Notes: generated from the letters alone by a model not told the origin. A stretch of 64,000 nucleotides of DNA from Hemiscyllium ocellatum (GCF_020745735.1 NC_083435.1:35818121-35882120); one strand, 5' to 3'. Numbered from the stretch's first letter, positions 10,595 through 23,269 are shown. Made by a program: numbers and translations.

Positions 10595-10970
10595 TTCTTT
10601 ATTTGTTCAAGGATGTGGATGTCACGGGCAAAGTATGTATTTGTTGTTCATCATAATTGACCTTAATTGAGTGACCATTTCAGAGGACAGTTCAGAGTCA
10701 TCCCCATCTGTGTGTATCTGTAATCACATACACGACAGGCTGGGTGAGGATGGCAGATTTCATTCCTCAAAGAACAGTAAAGATTGAAGATATCTTTTTC
10801 CCACAATTGGCATCCAGAGTAATTTGTCACAATTCTGATACCAATTTTCAATAGCAGTTTTTATTAATTGAATTTAAATTCCATCAGTTAAATCCTGTCA
10901 GTTTTTAGCCTATATCCCAGAGAAGTATCCTGGGCTTCTGAACAATTAGTCCAATGATATTAGCACTTCA
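10595..10970 (-). mobile_element. Old tRNA-derived SINE with L2-type tail (copy B 46220-46595)
   Basis: Reverse-complement relative of 5785-6105. Confidence 0.6.
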
Positions 10971-11489
10971 CCAGTGTCTCCAAAAACAGGCTAAAAACAT
11001 TACTATCCAGGTCGTAATGCTGCTTATTGATTGGAGAGACCCCAAAATAAACGGACAGTTGGAAGTATAACTTTTCAGCATCTTTCTGGGACTTGGAGGA
11101 TGATTAGTGTGCCCCTGGTCATCACAGCTGCTTTCATCATTTTTTATGTGTTCGAACATCGTGCCCTCTCTTCCCAGTGAAACAGCCCAGACCCTCTTTA
11201 ATCTCTAAGAAAGAAAACACCCAGGTTTGTTGTCAGACAGATGTCAGACAGGTCTCAGTTTCACCTTACCTTTGTCATACCTTAAACACACAGTCCCAAA
11301 CAGTTGTAAAGTTATAAATCTGATGATAAATGGGACTGGCAATCCGTGAGAATAGCATGTGGTGGGATATCCCATGCAGGGATATTGTAGAATTACCTCG
11401 GGCATACAGCAGATGAACAGCCCAGTGAATGCAGTTAGTTCAGACCAGTATTTGTGCTCCACTTGAGCCTGTCTGGAGATCCCTTCTCA

Positions 11490-12330
11490 TCATTTTTGGT
11501 CAATATAGCCCTCTATACTCTTCTTCTTTTGATTGTCTTTTAACTTCCTGCTCAGTGCATCTGGGCTGCAACCACTCCCTGTGGAAGGGAGTTCCTTATT
11601 CCTGCCACTATCTGGGTGAGGAATGCCCTGTCAGATACCTTGGTGATGAGGGAATATTGACATCCTCTTATATTTCTTTTCCCCAAAGTGGAATTGTTTT
11701 TCTCAGGATCTACTTCATCAAACATTTTCAGAATTTTAAAGACCTCTATTAGATCAACCCTCAGCTCTTTTCAATAATAAACAAACACAGCTTGGTCTTC
11801 CTTGCCTGATTTGCACATCCATGTGAATCTGGCATTGTCCTTGTAAACTGTCTCTGCAAACTCTCCATCCATTTCATAGAATCCTTCCAGTGTGGAAACA
11901 GGCCATTCAGTCCATCAAGTCCACACCAACTCTCTGAAGGGTTCCTCAGCCAGACTCACCTCCCCCCACCCAACCCTATCATCCTGCATTTCCCAGGGCT
12001 AATCCACTGACATTGCACACTATGGGCAATTTATCATGGCCAGTCCACTTAAACTGCATATCTTTGGTCTGTGGGAAGAAACCACAGCCAGCCCACACAG
12101 ACACAGGGAGAAAGTGTAAACTGCCACCAGACAGTCACCCAAGGTGGAATTGAGTGCTCTGGCACTGTGAGGCAGCAGTGCTAACCACTGCACCACCATG
12201 CCACCCCGGTGCTCTTTCATAACGTAGTGACCAGAACTCTATGCAATATCCTCAGATATGACCACATTCCATGCTGTTTTTTCATAACTTCTCTAATTGT
12301 CAATTCTATGCCTCGACAAACATTCCACAG
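11490..12330 (-). mobile_element. Old CR1 fragment interrupted by a SINE (copy B 47115-47955)
   Basis: CR1 3'-type sequence on both sides of the SINE at 11876-12205. Confidence 0.5.
11876..12205 (-). mobile_element. HE1-type tRNA-derived SINE (copy B 47501-47830)
   Basis: Reverse complement starts GGGGTGGCATGGTGGTGCAGTGGTTAGCACTGCTGCCTCACAG and ends in a CR1-like tail. Confidence 0.85.
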
Positions 12331-13044
12331 GGCTTGGTTTGTTTTTGTCAGGATTTTCATACTGTAGTGGTTTACCTATTGCCTGATATCGCTTTGCTGC
12401 ACAATACAATTTAGTTTCTTCATTTCAAATAATGTGTGGCTTCTTTATTTTAGTCTCCAAAATGCAAGCCAATCATCTCATGTTGCCAAGAACAAAGCTC
12501 TGGAATATAGCAATGCATCACAGTAGACCATCATATTTCTTTCTATTACTGCAAGGAAATACAAGTCTCCTGCTATAGGGGAGAGGAGGAGAGGGGGGTA
12601 AGTGTGACAGTCCCCCAGTGTAAGTGCTGCCTTCAGATGTGAACGCACTTGGACATCTGTATGTCTGCTGAAGTCTAGCGGCCTGGGGAATTGCTTCCAG
12701 CCTGGATCCAAGCTCTGCCCTGGTTCCTGCTGCTCACCATGGAGACCATTTCCCATCATGCTCTCTTGGTCATTGTGGGCAGGATTCCACCAGCCACTTG
12801 GGTCCAATATCAAAATCTATCGACCTACCTGAGCAGGAGCTGGTAATCTTGGCAGCCCCTCCGAGCTATTCCTCACTTTGTCTCCTTTGTTGCATTCTGC
12901 CTTTTTATTTATTTAAATATAAATATGGCTACGTAAAGATTTCAGCTTCAGTTGGTTTCACATTAAACAGATGCTTGCTTATATACAAACCTATGCTCTC
13001 GAACTCAACAATGCCTGATGTTGGTGAGTTTGTGGCTGGTATAG

Positions 13045-14122
13045 AAGCATAATAGAAAATTGCCCAATAGCAGGACAATCCACCCCAGCTACTTACTGCC
13101 CCATCAGTCCACTCTCAGGCCTCAGTAAAGTGACTGAAGGTGTCATCAAGCAGCACCCACTCAGTAATAACCTGCTCAGTGACACCCAGTTTGGGTTCCA
13201 CCAGGGTCACTCAGCTCCTGACCTCATTCCAGCCTTGAATAAAACATGGATAAAAGAGTTGAATTCCAGAGGGGAGGTGGGAATGACAGCCCCTGACATC
13301 AAGGTCACATTCGACCGAGTGTGACATCAAGTAGTCCCAGCAAAACTGGAATCCATGGTTATGAGGGAAAAATCTCTCTGGTGCTTGGAATCATAACAGG
13401 CACATAAGAAAGTGATCTGGTTATTGGAGGTCAGTCATTTCAGTCCAGAATATCTCTGCAGGAGTTCCTCAGGGCAGTGTCCATCTTCACATGCTTTATC
13501 AATGACCTTCCCTTCATTATAAGGTCAGAAGTGGGGATGTTTGCTGATGATGACATAATATTCAGTCCAATTCGTGACTCCTCAGATACTGAAGCCATCT
13601 ATGTTCAAATGCAACAAGATCTGGGCAATATCCAGGCTTGGACTGACAAGTGGAAAGTCAAGATTAGAATGGTGCTGGAAAAGCACACAGGTCAGGCAGC
13701 ATCCGAGGAGTAGGAAAATCCACGTTTTGGGCAAAAGCCCTTTGTCAGGAATGACAAGTGGAAAGTAACATTCATGCAACACCAATGTCAAGCAATGACC
13801 ATCTCCAGTAAGAGACAATCTAACCTCTACCCTTTGACTTTCAATGGCATTAACAACATTGAATTCTCACTATCAACATCCTGGGAGTTATCATTGATCA
13901 GAAACTGAACTGGACACGCCACATAAATACAGTGTCTGCAAGAGCAGGTCAGAGGCTCGGGATAACGCCATAAGTAACTCATGTCCTGATTCGCCAAGGC
14001 CTGTCCGTAATCTACAAGGCATAAGTCAGGAGTACGATGGAGTACTTTCCTCCTGCCTGGAGCTCCAACAACATTTAAGAAGCTTGACACCAGTCAGGAA
14101 AAAGCAGCCTGTTCGATTGGCA
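13045..14122 (+). mobile_element. L2-type LINE RT region, resuming at 14975-15225 after a CR1 insertion (copy B 48670-49747 and 50600-50850)
   Basis: QFGFHQGHSAPDLI..WIKELNSRGEV..DIKVTFDRV and FINDLP..VGMFADD. The 3' end GGGCAATAAATACTGACCCAGCCAGTG is at about 15170-15200. Confidence 0.8.
13659..13751 (-). mobile_element. 93-bp Penelope-terminus insertion with a 15-bp target-site duplication (copy B 49284-49376)
   Basis: TGACAAGTGGAAAGT flanks both sides (13644-13658 and 13752-13766). Confidence 0.8.
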
Positions 14123-14975
14123 TTACAGCAAAGGGATCGTGATCAATTGGGCCAATGGGCTGAGGAGGAGCAGACGGAGTTTAATTTGGATGAAAGCGAA
14201 GTATTGTATTTTGGTAAAACAGACATAGGCCGGACTTGTACAGTTAATGACAGGGCCTTGGGTAATGCTGCTGAATAGAGAGACTGAGGGGCTCAGGTAC
14301 ATAGTTCTTTGAGAGATGCGTCACAGGTAGACAGATTGGTTAAGAAGCCGTGTAACGCACTTGCCTTCATTGCCCAGACTATCGAGTCTCGGAGTTGGGA
14401 TGTCATGTTGAGGTTGTACAGGACATTGGTAAGGACATTTTGGAGTACTGTGTCCTGTTATGTTCACTCTGCTTTGGGAGGGATATTATTAAGTTGCAGA
14501 GGATTCAGATAATGATTTATCAGGAAGTTGCAGGAGTGGCGGGTTTGAATTATAAGGATAGGCTGGATAGGCTGGGATGTCTTTTTACTGGAGCGTCGGA
14601 AGGTAAAGGGAGACTTTATAAAGGTTTATAAAATCATGAGGGACGTAGATAAAGTGAATAGCCTTTAGATGGGCGTGTTCAAAAGTAGGGTGCATATTTT
14701 AAGGTGAGAGGAGGAAGATTTAGAAGGGACCTGAAGGACAACTTTTTCACCAGCGCAGGGTTTATGTGTGGAATGAGCTACCAGAGGAAGTGGTAAATGC
14801 AGGTGCAGCTACAGCATTGAAGAGACATTTGGACAGGTACATGAATGGGAAAGGTTTGGAGGGCTATAGGCCAAATGCAGGCAAGTGGGACTAGTTAGTT
14901 CGAGAAACTTGGTTGGCATGGCCGAGTTGGATGGAAGGGTCATTTTCCATGCTCTCTCACTGCCTGACTCTCTGT
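14123..14975 (+). mobile_element. CR1 3' about 850 bp inserted in L2 (copy B 49748-50600)
   Basis: LQQRDRDQLGQWAEE.., IESRSWDVMLRLYRTLVR and the 3' UTR. Confidence 0.85.
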
Positions 14976-15515
14976 GACCACATTCATCTCGAAGCGTAAG
15001 GGCAGCTGATACATGGGAAATCCCACCACTTCAAGTTCCTCTCCAACCCACTCACCATCCTGATTTGGAAATATTTCACCAATTCTTCAGTCTCACTGGG
15101 TCAAAATCCCAGAGATCCCACCCCCCCCAAGAGTATTGTGGGTCAAGTGAAGCACATGAACTACACGTGGGCAATAAATACTGACCCAGCCAGTGATATC
15201 CGTCTACCACGAGTGAATACAAAAGGCAGTGCATCATAGTTAACCATCACACATTCATCTATCACTGTGTGTACAGCTACAGGAACAGTTTGGAAATGCT
15301 GTCGGAGGGTTACGTTTCCAGTCTCTCAGCACAGATGCAGGCTTCAGATGTGAAATCATTTAGACACATGAAATAATTCAAAGCCTAGCAACCTGGAGAA
15401 TCTCTTAGAATAGAATAGACTATCCTTTATTGTCACGTGTACTCCAACACAGAACTACACAACACAGTGTAAAGCTTTTAACAGCTGCCTTTAATAGTGC
15501 CATCTTTATGTTTGG

Positions 15516-15860
15516 GTGTCTCTGGAGAAGGAGCATGCAGTGTCTACCAGCACCCTGAGGTTTTCAGGGAGAGCTGGGTGCCACGGGGAGTGGAGTGCTT
15601 TATTTGCCCCTCCAACTCAATTTTGATTTAATCCCTGCGCCCCCCCCCCACTTCACTTTTTTGACCATGCAGCATTGCCGTCTGAGAAGGGCACGACTTG
15701 TCATTGGCCACTTGGACGTTTCCTCTCTTTCTGGTGGTGGGAATTGAATAAAGATTTGTATAGCTGTTGTGTCACACACACACACACACACCACACACAC
15801 ACACACACACACCATGGGTGCTGGGGGGCGTACAGGCTCTACCGCTGTTCGGCGGTGGGG
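15516..15860 (+). mobile_element. Tx1/L1-clade LINE 3' end with internal (CA)n (copy B 51141-51486)
   Basis: VSLEKEHAVSTSTL..RESWVPRGVECFICPSNSILI*, homologous to the inverted copy at 16885-17160. Confidence 0.7.
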
Positions 15861-16152
15861 TGGGGGAAATGAAAAAAAGGAGAAAAAGATAGTGCCAGCT
15901 TCGGTACAAGTATCGAGGTACAAATCTTGCACAGTGAATCAAAACAGTGCAGCTACACAGTAAAATGGAATGTAAGTGAGCGGTGAACAGTGAAGAAGCC
16001 CAGAATTATGAGAAATGACCATGAGAGCTGAAGTCCCAGTCCATGCCCACAGACTCCACAACACGAGTTCATGCTGCCTCCACGTGCCGGACTCCATCCA
16101 GGACTCACAGCAACGGCGCTCCAGGAATCGCCCATTCGCTCCACTCCGTGCC

Positions 16153-16870
16153 AGAACACAGCCCGTACTCACTCCATCCCGGGACACGGCCTGTGCTCAC
16201 TCCATCCCGGGACACGGCCCGTGCTCACTCCATCCCGGGACACGGCCCGTGCTCACTCCATCCCGGGACACGGCCTGTACTCACTCCATCCCGGGACACG
16301 GCTCGTGCTCACTCTGTCTTGGGACACAGCCCGTGCTCACTCCATCCCGGGACACGGCCTGTACTCACTCTGTCCCCGGGACACGGCCCATGCTCACTCT
16401 GTCCCCAGGACACGGCCCATACTCACTCCATCCCAGGACATGGCCCGTTCTCACTCTAGCCCTGGACACGGCCCGTGTTCACTCCATCTCGGGACACGGC
16501 CATTGCACACTCCCCCCCACCCCCGGGACATGGCCCATGCTCACTCCGCCCCGGGACACGGCCCGTGCTCACTCCGCCCCAGGACACGGCCCGTGCTCAC
16601 TCCGCCCCGGGACACGGCCCGTGCTCACTCCGCCCCGGGACACGGCCCGTGCTCACTCCGCCCCGGGACACGGCCCGTGCTCACTCCGCCCCGGGACACG
16701 GCCCGTGCTCACTCCGCCCTGGGACACGGCCCGTGCTCACTCCGCCCTGGGACACGGCCCGTGCTCACTCCGCCCCGGGACACGGCCCGTGCTCACTCCG
16801 CCCTGGGACACGGCCTGTGCTCACTGCACCCTGGGACACAGCCTGTGCTCACTCTGCCCCGGGATACGGC
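16153..16870. repeat. 28-bp GC/CpG-rich minisatellite, about 25 units (CACGGCCCGTGCTCACTCCGCCCCGGGA)
   Basis: 28-bp periodicity is visible. Left units carry CCATCCC and right units CCGCCCC. Confidence 0.97.
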
Positions 16871-16884
16871 CTGCCTGCTTTTTT

Positions 16885-17160
16885 TTGTGCGAAGGGGAGG
16901 GCAGGGACTAAATCAAAATAGAGTTGGAGGGGGAAACAATGCACTCCACTCCCTGCGGAGCCCACCTCTCCCTGCACAACTCCAGGGTGTTGGTGGACAC
17001 CACGTGCTCCTTCTTCAAGGACACCTGGGCTCGAACGTAACCATGGAAGAGGGGCAGGCAGTCGCCCCTGAAGACCTCCTCCACGCCCGCTGCCTGGACC
17101 TGTTTATGGCCAGTTTGGCCAGGCTCAGGAGCAGACCCACAAGGAGGTCCTCGCACCTGC
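16885..17160 (-). mobile_element. Tx1/L1-clade LINE ORF2 C-terminus (copy B 52511-52786)
   Basis: ORF 16908-17240 ends DCLPLFHGYVRAQVSLKKEHVVSTNTLELCRERWAPQGVECIVSPSNSILI*. Confidence 0.75.
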
Positions 17161-19129
17161 CCTACGGCCTGCCTGCTTCCTGCTTGAATCCATGATCTGA
17201 TTGGTGCCTGCTGCTCAGTGCAGAGGGCATCTCCCATCATGCTCTCTTGGTGACTGTGGGTGGGGTTTCATCAGCCACTTGGGGCCAATATTAGAATCTA
17301 TTGATCTCCTTGAGCAGAATTTATAAATCTTGGTCTTGGAACCCAGGGCCAGCACCCCACCTCCCAATACTCCTCACCTCTGAATGGTATTTAAATACAA
17401 ACATAAAGATTTCTGCTTTGATTGGTCTCACAGTGAATGAATATTTGCTTACATCCATGAACCCATGTTCTCAAGCACAGCAGGATCTGAAGTTGGGAAG
17501 TTGGGGGTCGGATAGGGGGTTTCAGGCGGTCATGGAGAATATTGCTGAACCAATGCACAGTCATCCAGAATGTGTCCCTGTTTTGTGCTGAACAGAGATT
17601 CCTGCTCTCATCCTTGTGTTCCCCATTTCTCTCTCACTACCTCATATTGTACAGCACAACTGTTAAATCAGCAAACAAGAACTTTCACTATTGCTTGGAA
17701 ATGATTCGGTATTCATTAAACCAAGCAGAACTTAAAGTTTTGCTGAATCTCTTTGGTCTGTTGTGGAAAATGAAACTCTACAATCGGCATTTCAGGAAAA
17801 CGGTTACCTTATGTTGGAAGAACAGAGTTAAAGTAAAATGTTTTGACACCTCATTGCTGAATCTCGGAGACAGCAGCAGCACTCCCTGGACAAGTTCAGA
17901 AGGTTACTATCTGCAAACAGGATCATCAAGTGTCCACAGTAATTATTCCTTTCTTGCATCTGATCACAGTGTTTTTCCACATCCCAATACCAGTTAACGT
18001 GAGACTTTCAGTCACTGAAACAATCAGAGACTGACTACAATTCCCACCGAGGATGAGAGTCTGACCAGTGTTTCTGTTTTCTACCAGATACAATTATTAC
18101 AGGAGCTGAGATCTCAGTGACAACCCTGGTCCATCCAGTCCGGATAGTGATTCTCCCACAGCTGAATCACAGACAGCTCAGTGAAACAGACTGCTGTTTG
18201 TAAGTGATGGTTATGGGGATGATCTTCTACATTATTCTGAGACAGTGAGAGGGTGGCTGAATGTGATAAAAATCAGTGTAACAGTTTGAGATACCATTCA
18301 AGTGTTTGTGAAATATTTGTGGAAAAGTGTATAACTGTAAAGCATATATTATGCTTCAATGGATATGTGCTTGAGACAATCCGAAGTGAAAGCCAGTAAA
18401 ACAGGAAAATGAGATATATCCATTGGATTCATCTTTTATACCTCCAGGTATGACCAGTTCATTTCCAGGTATGTAACTGTTGTTCCTCTCTCTGAGTTAT
18501 TCTGGTTATTTAGTAACATCAGCTTCTGAGTTGGGGGTTGCTCCTGCGTTGTGATGTATTAAACATGTTGAATCAGTACATTGCACTTCTCTGACAAATG
18601 TGACTGAGAGACTTCAGTTTTCTACTAACACTGTATCTGTTCTTCTTCAACACCTTTAGTCTGCTCCTGAGCAGAATGCCATCTTTTTGCAATTGTTGAA
18701 TTTTCAACATTCTTCAATGTTGGCATTGTTATTCTGTCTGAATGTTCATTTCTGTGAAACGACCATGAATCAGGAACGACTGACAGTTTTCCTGTTTTAT
18801 ACCAAGTGCTGTTGCTCCAGGAGGTGAGATCTTAGTGAAATCACTGCGTCTCTCCACCTACTACAGTGATTTCCCACAGAGCTGGAACTTCATGTATGGA
18901 TGAGTAGAATAATTTCATCTCAAGGGATCCTGTTGAAAGGGAGTATAACTGTCTGAGTATGAAGGTTCCTGGTGTATTATTGTGAGACAGCAAGAGTGTA
19001 TGTGAGTGTGACAGTTGTGTGAGTATATCTCATTAAGTGTGTATGTATGTGTGTGAGACAATGTTTTTGGAAATGTAAATGACATTATATTGTACTTCCA
19101 TGTGCGCAAACTTTCCTATAAAAGTCAGG

Positions 19130-19620
19130 AAGTTATGTTGTCATCAGAAAGGACACTGGTGTAACCACATCTGCAGCTCTGGGTACAGTATTGGTCTTTC
19201 ACGGAGGATGTAAAGGCATTGGAAAGAGTTCAGAGAAGGTTTACCAGACTAATACCTGGATTGGTCGGGTGACCTGATGACGAAAGGTTGGACAGGCTAT
19301 GTCTGTATCTGCCGGAGTTGATATCTGCCTGTCAAGGCAACCTGATTGAAACAGATTCGATCCAGCGGGATCTTGACAGATTGATTTGGAGGCGGTGTTT
19401 TCTCTGAAGGGAGAATTGAGAAGGAGGGATGACTCCTTAAAGTGAGGGGGACGTTCATTGAAATCAAAGACCAGGTACATTTCTTTTTGTCTTGAAGGGT
19501 TCGTGAGGAACTGGAACTCTCTCACTGAAATGGCAGTGGAAACAACCCCTTGTGTATTTGTGAGTTGAAGGCAGAAGGATTCTTAGGGATAGAGAAAATT
19601 TTCCAACTTTTCCATGAAAA
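19130..19620 (+). mobile_element. Old CR1 3' fragment (copy B 54756-55246)
   Basis: ..DVKALERVQRRFTRLIPG.. remnants. Confidence 0.7.
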
Positions 19621-20784
19621 GCTGCAGAGAAGGAGGTGACAATGACCTGGTGCTGAGTTTCTGAGTGAGCACACACACAGAAATACAGCAGCATCCTGAA
19701 GCTCAGTGACAGAGTGTGGAGTGATTCAGATTAAAGGGGGTGGGATTGAGCAGTTTCCTGCCTGTTGTGTATAATATCTCCAAGGCAGGGTTTACTGACA
19801 CCCACATTGCTTTGCAGCCTTACCTTCTCTCAGGAGCTGTCTCTGAGAGTTTGGGACTTTAGAACAATTTAAATCCTGGAAAGGCCACGTTTGCTGACAC
19901 CTGGGCAGGTGCATTTAGACACAGTGAGTTCCAGGGGGATGGTGTGAGTAACTGGGAGGGTGTTCAGTTGTGGGGATGGGGGTGGGTGAGCTGAGTGATT
20001 GGATGCTTTCTATGTATGTGGTTGGTAGTGATCAGTTTTATATCTAAGTCAGTAGTTAGAGATGGTTTAATTCCCTCTGTATTTTGCTGGCTAAAGTAAG
20101 TCAGTCAGAACCCTCTAATATCCCCAAAATCCGCTGAACAGTCGGGACCTTTCCCAATGGGTTTGTATGTTATGCAGAGACCCTCTGATATTCAGTTTCC
20201 TGGGCAGTTCCCGCACAGTCAGTGCATTCCCTCTTTCAGGATGTTCCAGTGGGTATCTTCCCATGTCTCCCCTTGAATGTTGTCCTGATCAGTTGCTGTG
20301 GGCGAGTGTCTAATGGCAGGGATTGTGGAGAGATCACTCCTTCTGGGCAGTAGCACTGCTTGCTTGGAAGGTTTTACTGACCCAATAATACTGTCTATTT
20401 CCTCTGGGATTTTCCAATCAGGAATTCCGGGCTGGGAATTCAGTAGCTGCAGGAGGTGGCCATTCAGCCCTGAAGATCATGGCTGGTCTGACTGAGGCAT
20501 CAGCTCCACTTTGAGATCAGCCACATGATCAGATTGAATTTGTAGAGTAAATCAATACATCACAATTCAAACTTCCTGGGGAATTACAGACTGGCTGTGT
20601 ATTGTGTCAGGATTTCCAACAGGAGCATGGGATGAGGTTTTCCCTGATATCGGAGAATGGGATTGTTGTATATTTGATGAGAGATTACCGAATCGACAAT
20701 AAGTTTGAACAAGAAGTGGTTTGTCACATGTTGAGGATCTGTAGACAGTCTTCCATGTGGACCACTGTCTCCATTAGATCCAAC

Positions 20785-21088
20785 ATAGAAACCCCACAGT
20801 GTGGGAAACAGGCCCTTCAACCCTTCACATCAACCCTCTGAAGAGCATCCCCCTCCCAAACCCATTCCCCATTACTCTACATTTAACCCCAGAATAACCT
20901 ACACATCCCTGCACATCATGGGCAATAATCTTTGGATTGTGGGAGGAAACCAGAGCACCCGGAGGAAATACATGCAGACATGGGGAGAATGTGCAAACTC
21001 CACACAGTCTCCCAAGGGTGGGATGGAATCTGGGTCCCTGGTGCTGTGGGGCAGCAGTGCTAATCACTGAGCCACCGTGCCACCCCTA
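20785..21088 (-). mobile_element. HE1-type SINE (copy B 56411-56714)
   Basis: Reverse complement GGGTGGCACGGTGGCTCAGTGATTAGCACTGCTGCC..; homologous to 25834-26146. Confidence 0.85.
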
Positions 21089-21112
21089 GAATCTATGGTG
21101 CATCTCACAAGT

Positions 21113-21170
21113 CGCTCTCTCTCTCTCTCTCCCTCTCTCTCTCTCCCTCCCTCTCTCTCTCTCTCTCTCT
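21113..21170. repeat. (CT)n microsatellite (copy B about 56739-56794, 2 nt shorter)
   Basis: Interrupted CT run. Confidence 0.95.
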
Positions 21171-21394
21171 TGCTCCCTCTTTCCCTCGTGGTCTCATATG
21201 TCCACAGTTGAGGTGTTACTCACACTGTACCAGAGAGTGACGCTTTCAAACCTTTGATCAAGGGCAGGGATTTTCTTTTAAACATGTTTGATAATTAGTC
21301 AAAGGAAAGTTCTGGAATGTGCCTTTGTAAAAGAAGTCAGGAGAAAGAAGCAGTTGTTTTTTGTTGCGGTTCATCCAGAGCAACTCGATGAAGC

Positions 21395-21870
21395 AGGACT
21401 CTGTGCTCTATGGGCTGTTCCCTGGGCCACACACTGAGACAAACGTTGAGCGTACCTGCAGGACCATCAATTCAGTGAAAGATCTCTTTGGGGCCTTTGA
21501 GTTGCCCCTGACCAAGTGTTGCTGACTGGCATATTCCAAGGTCCAAGGACTACGTGCTGAGGGATCACTAAAGCTTGAGGCAGATGCTGTCAAGGCACGG
21601 TGAGGAAAGACCACTATCTGAGGTCTTTCTGCCAAAGTTTAATGGGGTTCGTTCAGTTACCAGATCCACTGGTGCTTCATATGCAAGTTAATATAGTTTT
21701 GTACAGTAAGAGATACCTTTGGTTTATTTGTTGGATAGAATCAAACTCCAATGTTTGTTTTTTTCCTTCACATGCTGTTTTACAGAACAGAACTGTATTT
21801 GTGATTATGTGTGTATAAAGAAGTATTTTTTTATGAGTAAAGCATACTTTTGAATGAGAACATATAAAAG
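21395..21870 (+). mobile_element. Second Tx1/L1-clade family, ORF2 end + 3' UTR (copy B 57019-57495)
   Basis: SVLYGLFPGPHTETNV..TINSVKD..CC*LAYSKVQDYVLRD..LEADAVKAR*GKTTI*. Confidence 0.65.
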
Positions 21871-22019
21871 GCCTAATGCCTTGGTTGAGGCTGTGACTGG
21901 GAGAATATATCTCTCTATCCTTCACAAAGATGTTGTTGCTGTTATACTGCCAGAGGAGGTAGGTAAGACCCTGGCTGGACGGCAAGTTGAAACAGTTATG
22001 TTAGAAAGGCTGGGCTGTA

Positions 22020-23070
22020 ATTTATGTTGATAAATCATCAGGACTGAATGATTTTGCATCCAAGGTTTCTGATGGAAGACAGTAGAAATTGCAGAGGCTC
22101 CGATCAGTATTTCTCAATCTCTACAAAGACATTGAGGTGCCAGAGGATTGGGGAATTGTAAATGTTTCTCTAGAAGCCCAGAGATTCAGAATGGTTATGG
22201 TGTAGAAGGAGGCCCTTCAGCCCATCCTGTTTGCAATGCCTCCCTGTTCAGTCTAACTTATCTCCTGCCTTTTTCCCATATCTCTGCACATTATTTCCAT
22301 TCAAACCATCCGATACCCTCTTGTCTGTCTCAATTAATCCCGTCTCCACCATACTTTTAAAAGTGCATTCCATTCCCTCACGATTTACGGTGTGTAATTA
22401 CTTTACTTATCTCATTTTTGCTTCTTTTTCAAAATCACTTTAAAACTGGGCACTCTGGGTCTTTATTTATATGTGTGTGTGAAAACAGATTCTCCCTACT
22501 CATTCTATTCAGACCACTCTTTTGGAATACTGTGTACAATTCTGGTCACCCATTTATAGGAAGGATGTTGTTAAACTTGAGAGAGTGTAGAAAAATTTTA
22601 CAAGGAAGTTGCCAGGACTGGAGGGTTAGGCCTATCAGGACAGGCTGAATAGACTGGGGCTGTTTTCCCTGGAGCATCAGAGACTGAGGGGTGACCTGAT
22701 AGAGGTTTATAAAAACATGAGGAGAATTGATAGAATGAACAGCCAAGGTCTTTTTCCTTGGCTGGGGGAGTGCAAAACCAGAGGGCATAGGTTTGAGGTG
22801 AGAGAGGAAAGACGTAAAAAGGATCTGAGGGGTGATATTTTCAAGCAGAGGGTGGTGCATGTCTGAAGTGAGCCACCAGAGGAAGTGGAGGAAGCAAGTA
22901 AATTTAGAACATTTAAAAGGCATCTGTATGGTTGGATGAATGAGAAGGAGTTAGAGGGATACGGGCCAACTGCTAGCAAATGGGAGTAGGTCAGATTGGG
23001 CCGTCTGGTTGGTGTGGATGAGTTGGACCGAAGGATCTGTTTCCATGCTGTACAGCTCTATGACCCTATG
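22020..23070. mobile_element. Cluster of CR1 fragments: + 22020-22160, - 22180-22500, + 22500-23070 (copy B 57645-58695)
   Basis: CR1 ORF2 remnants; the final piece ends CTCTATGACCCTATG. Confidence 0.75.
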
Positions 23071-23269
23071 TACCTCGCGAGTTTGTAAACTTTGATCAAA
23101 TCTCTTCTTGGTTTTCATTTCTCCAGGGTAAAATGGTTCCAACATCTCCAATCTCTCCTTCTAGCTGGACAGAATATAAACAAAAACACAGAGAATTACC
23201 AAATGATTAATAAGGAGAGAAAAAAAAATAGAGTATGAGAAAGTTACCCAAAAATATCAAAACAGATAG

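Noticed and set aside
16015-17195. Long overlapping ORFs (298, 138, 374 and 148 aa) rich in PGHGPCSL/TRPVLT/RDTARAHS
   Set aside because: They are translations of the stop-free 28-bp minisatellite cycling through frames; there is no evidence of a protein gene.
17542-17997. 151-aa ORF with faint echoes of class I alpha1 (SHYLILYSTTV; NRVKVKCFD)
   Set aside because: The motifs are at the wrong spacing, there is no conserved W or NQT end and no matching splice boundaries, so I cannot support homology.
20240-20841. Several 65-85 aa open frames on both strands in unique DNA
   Set aside because: No recognisable domain and no consistent splice pair; these lengths are expected by chance.
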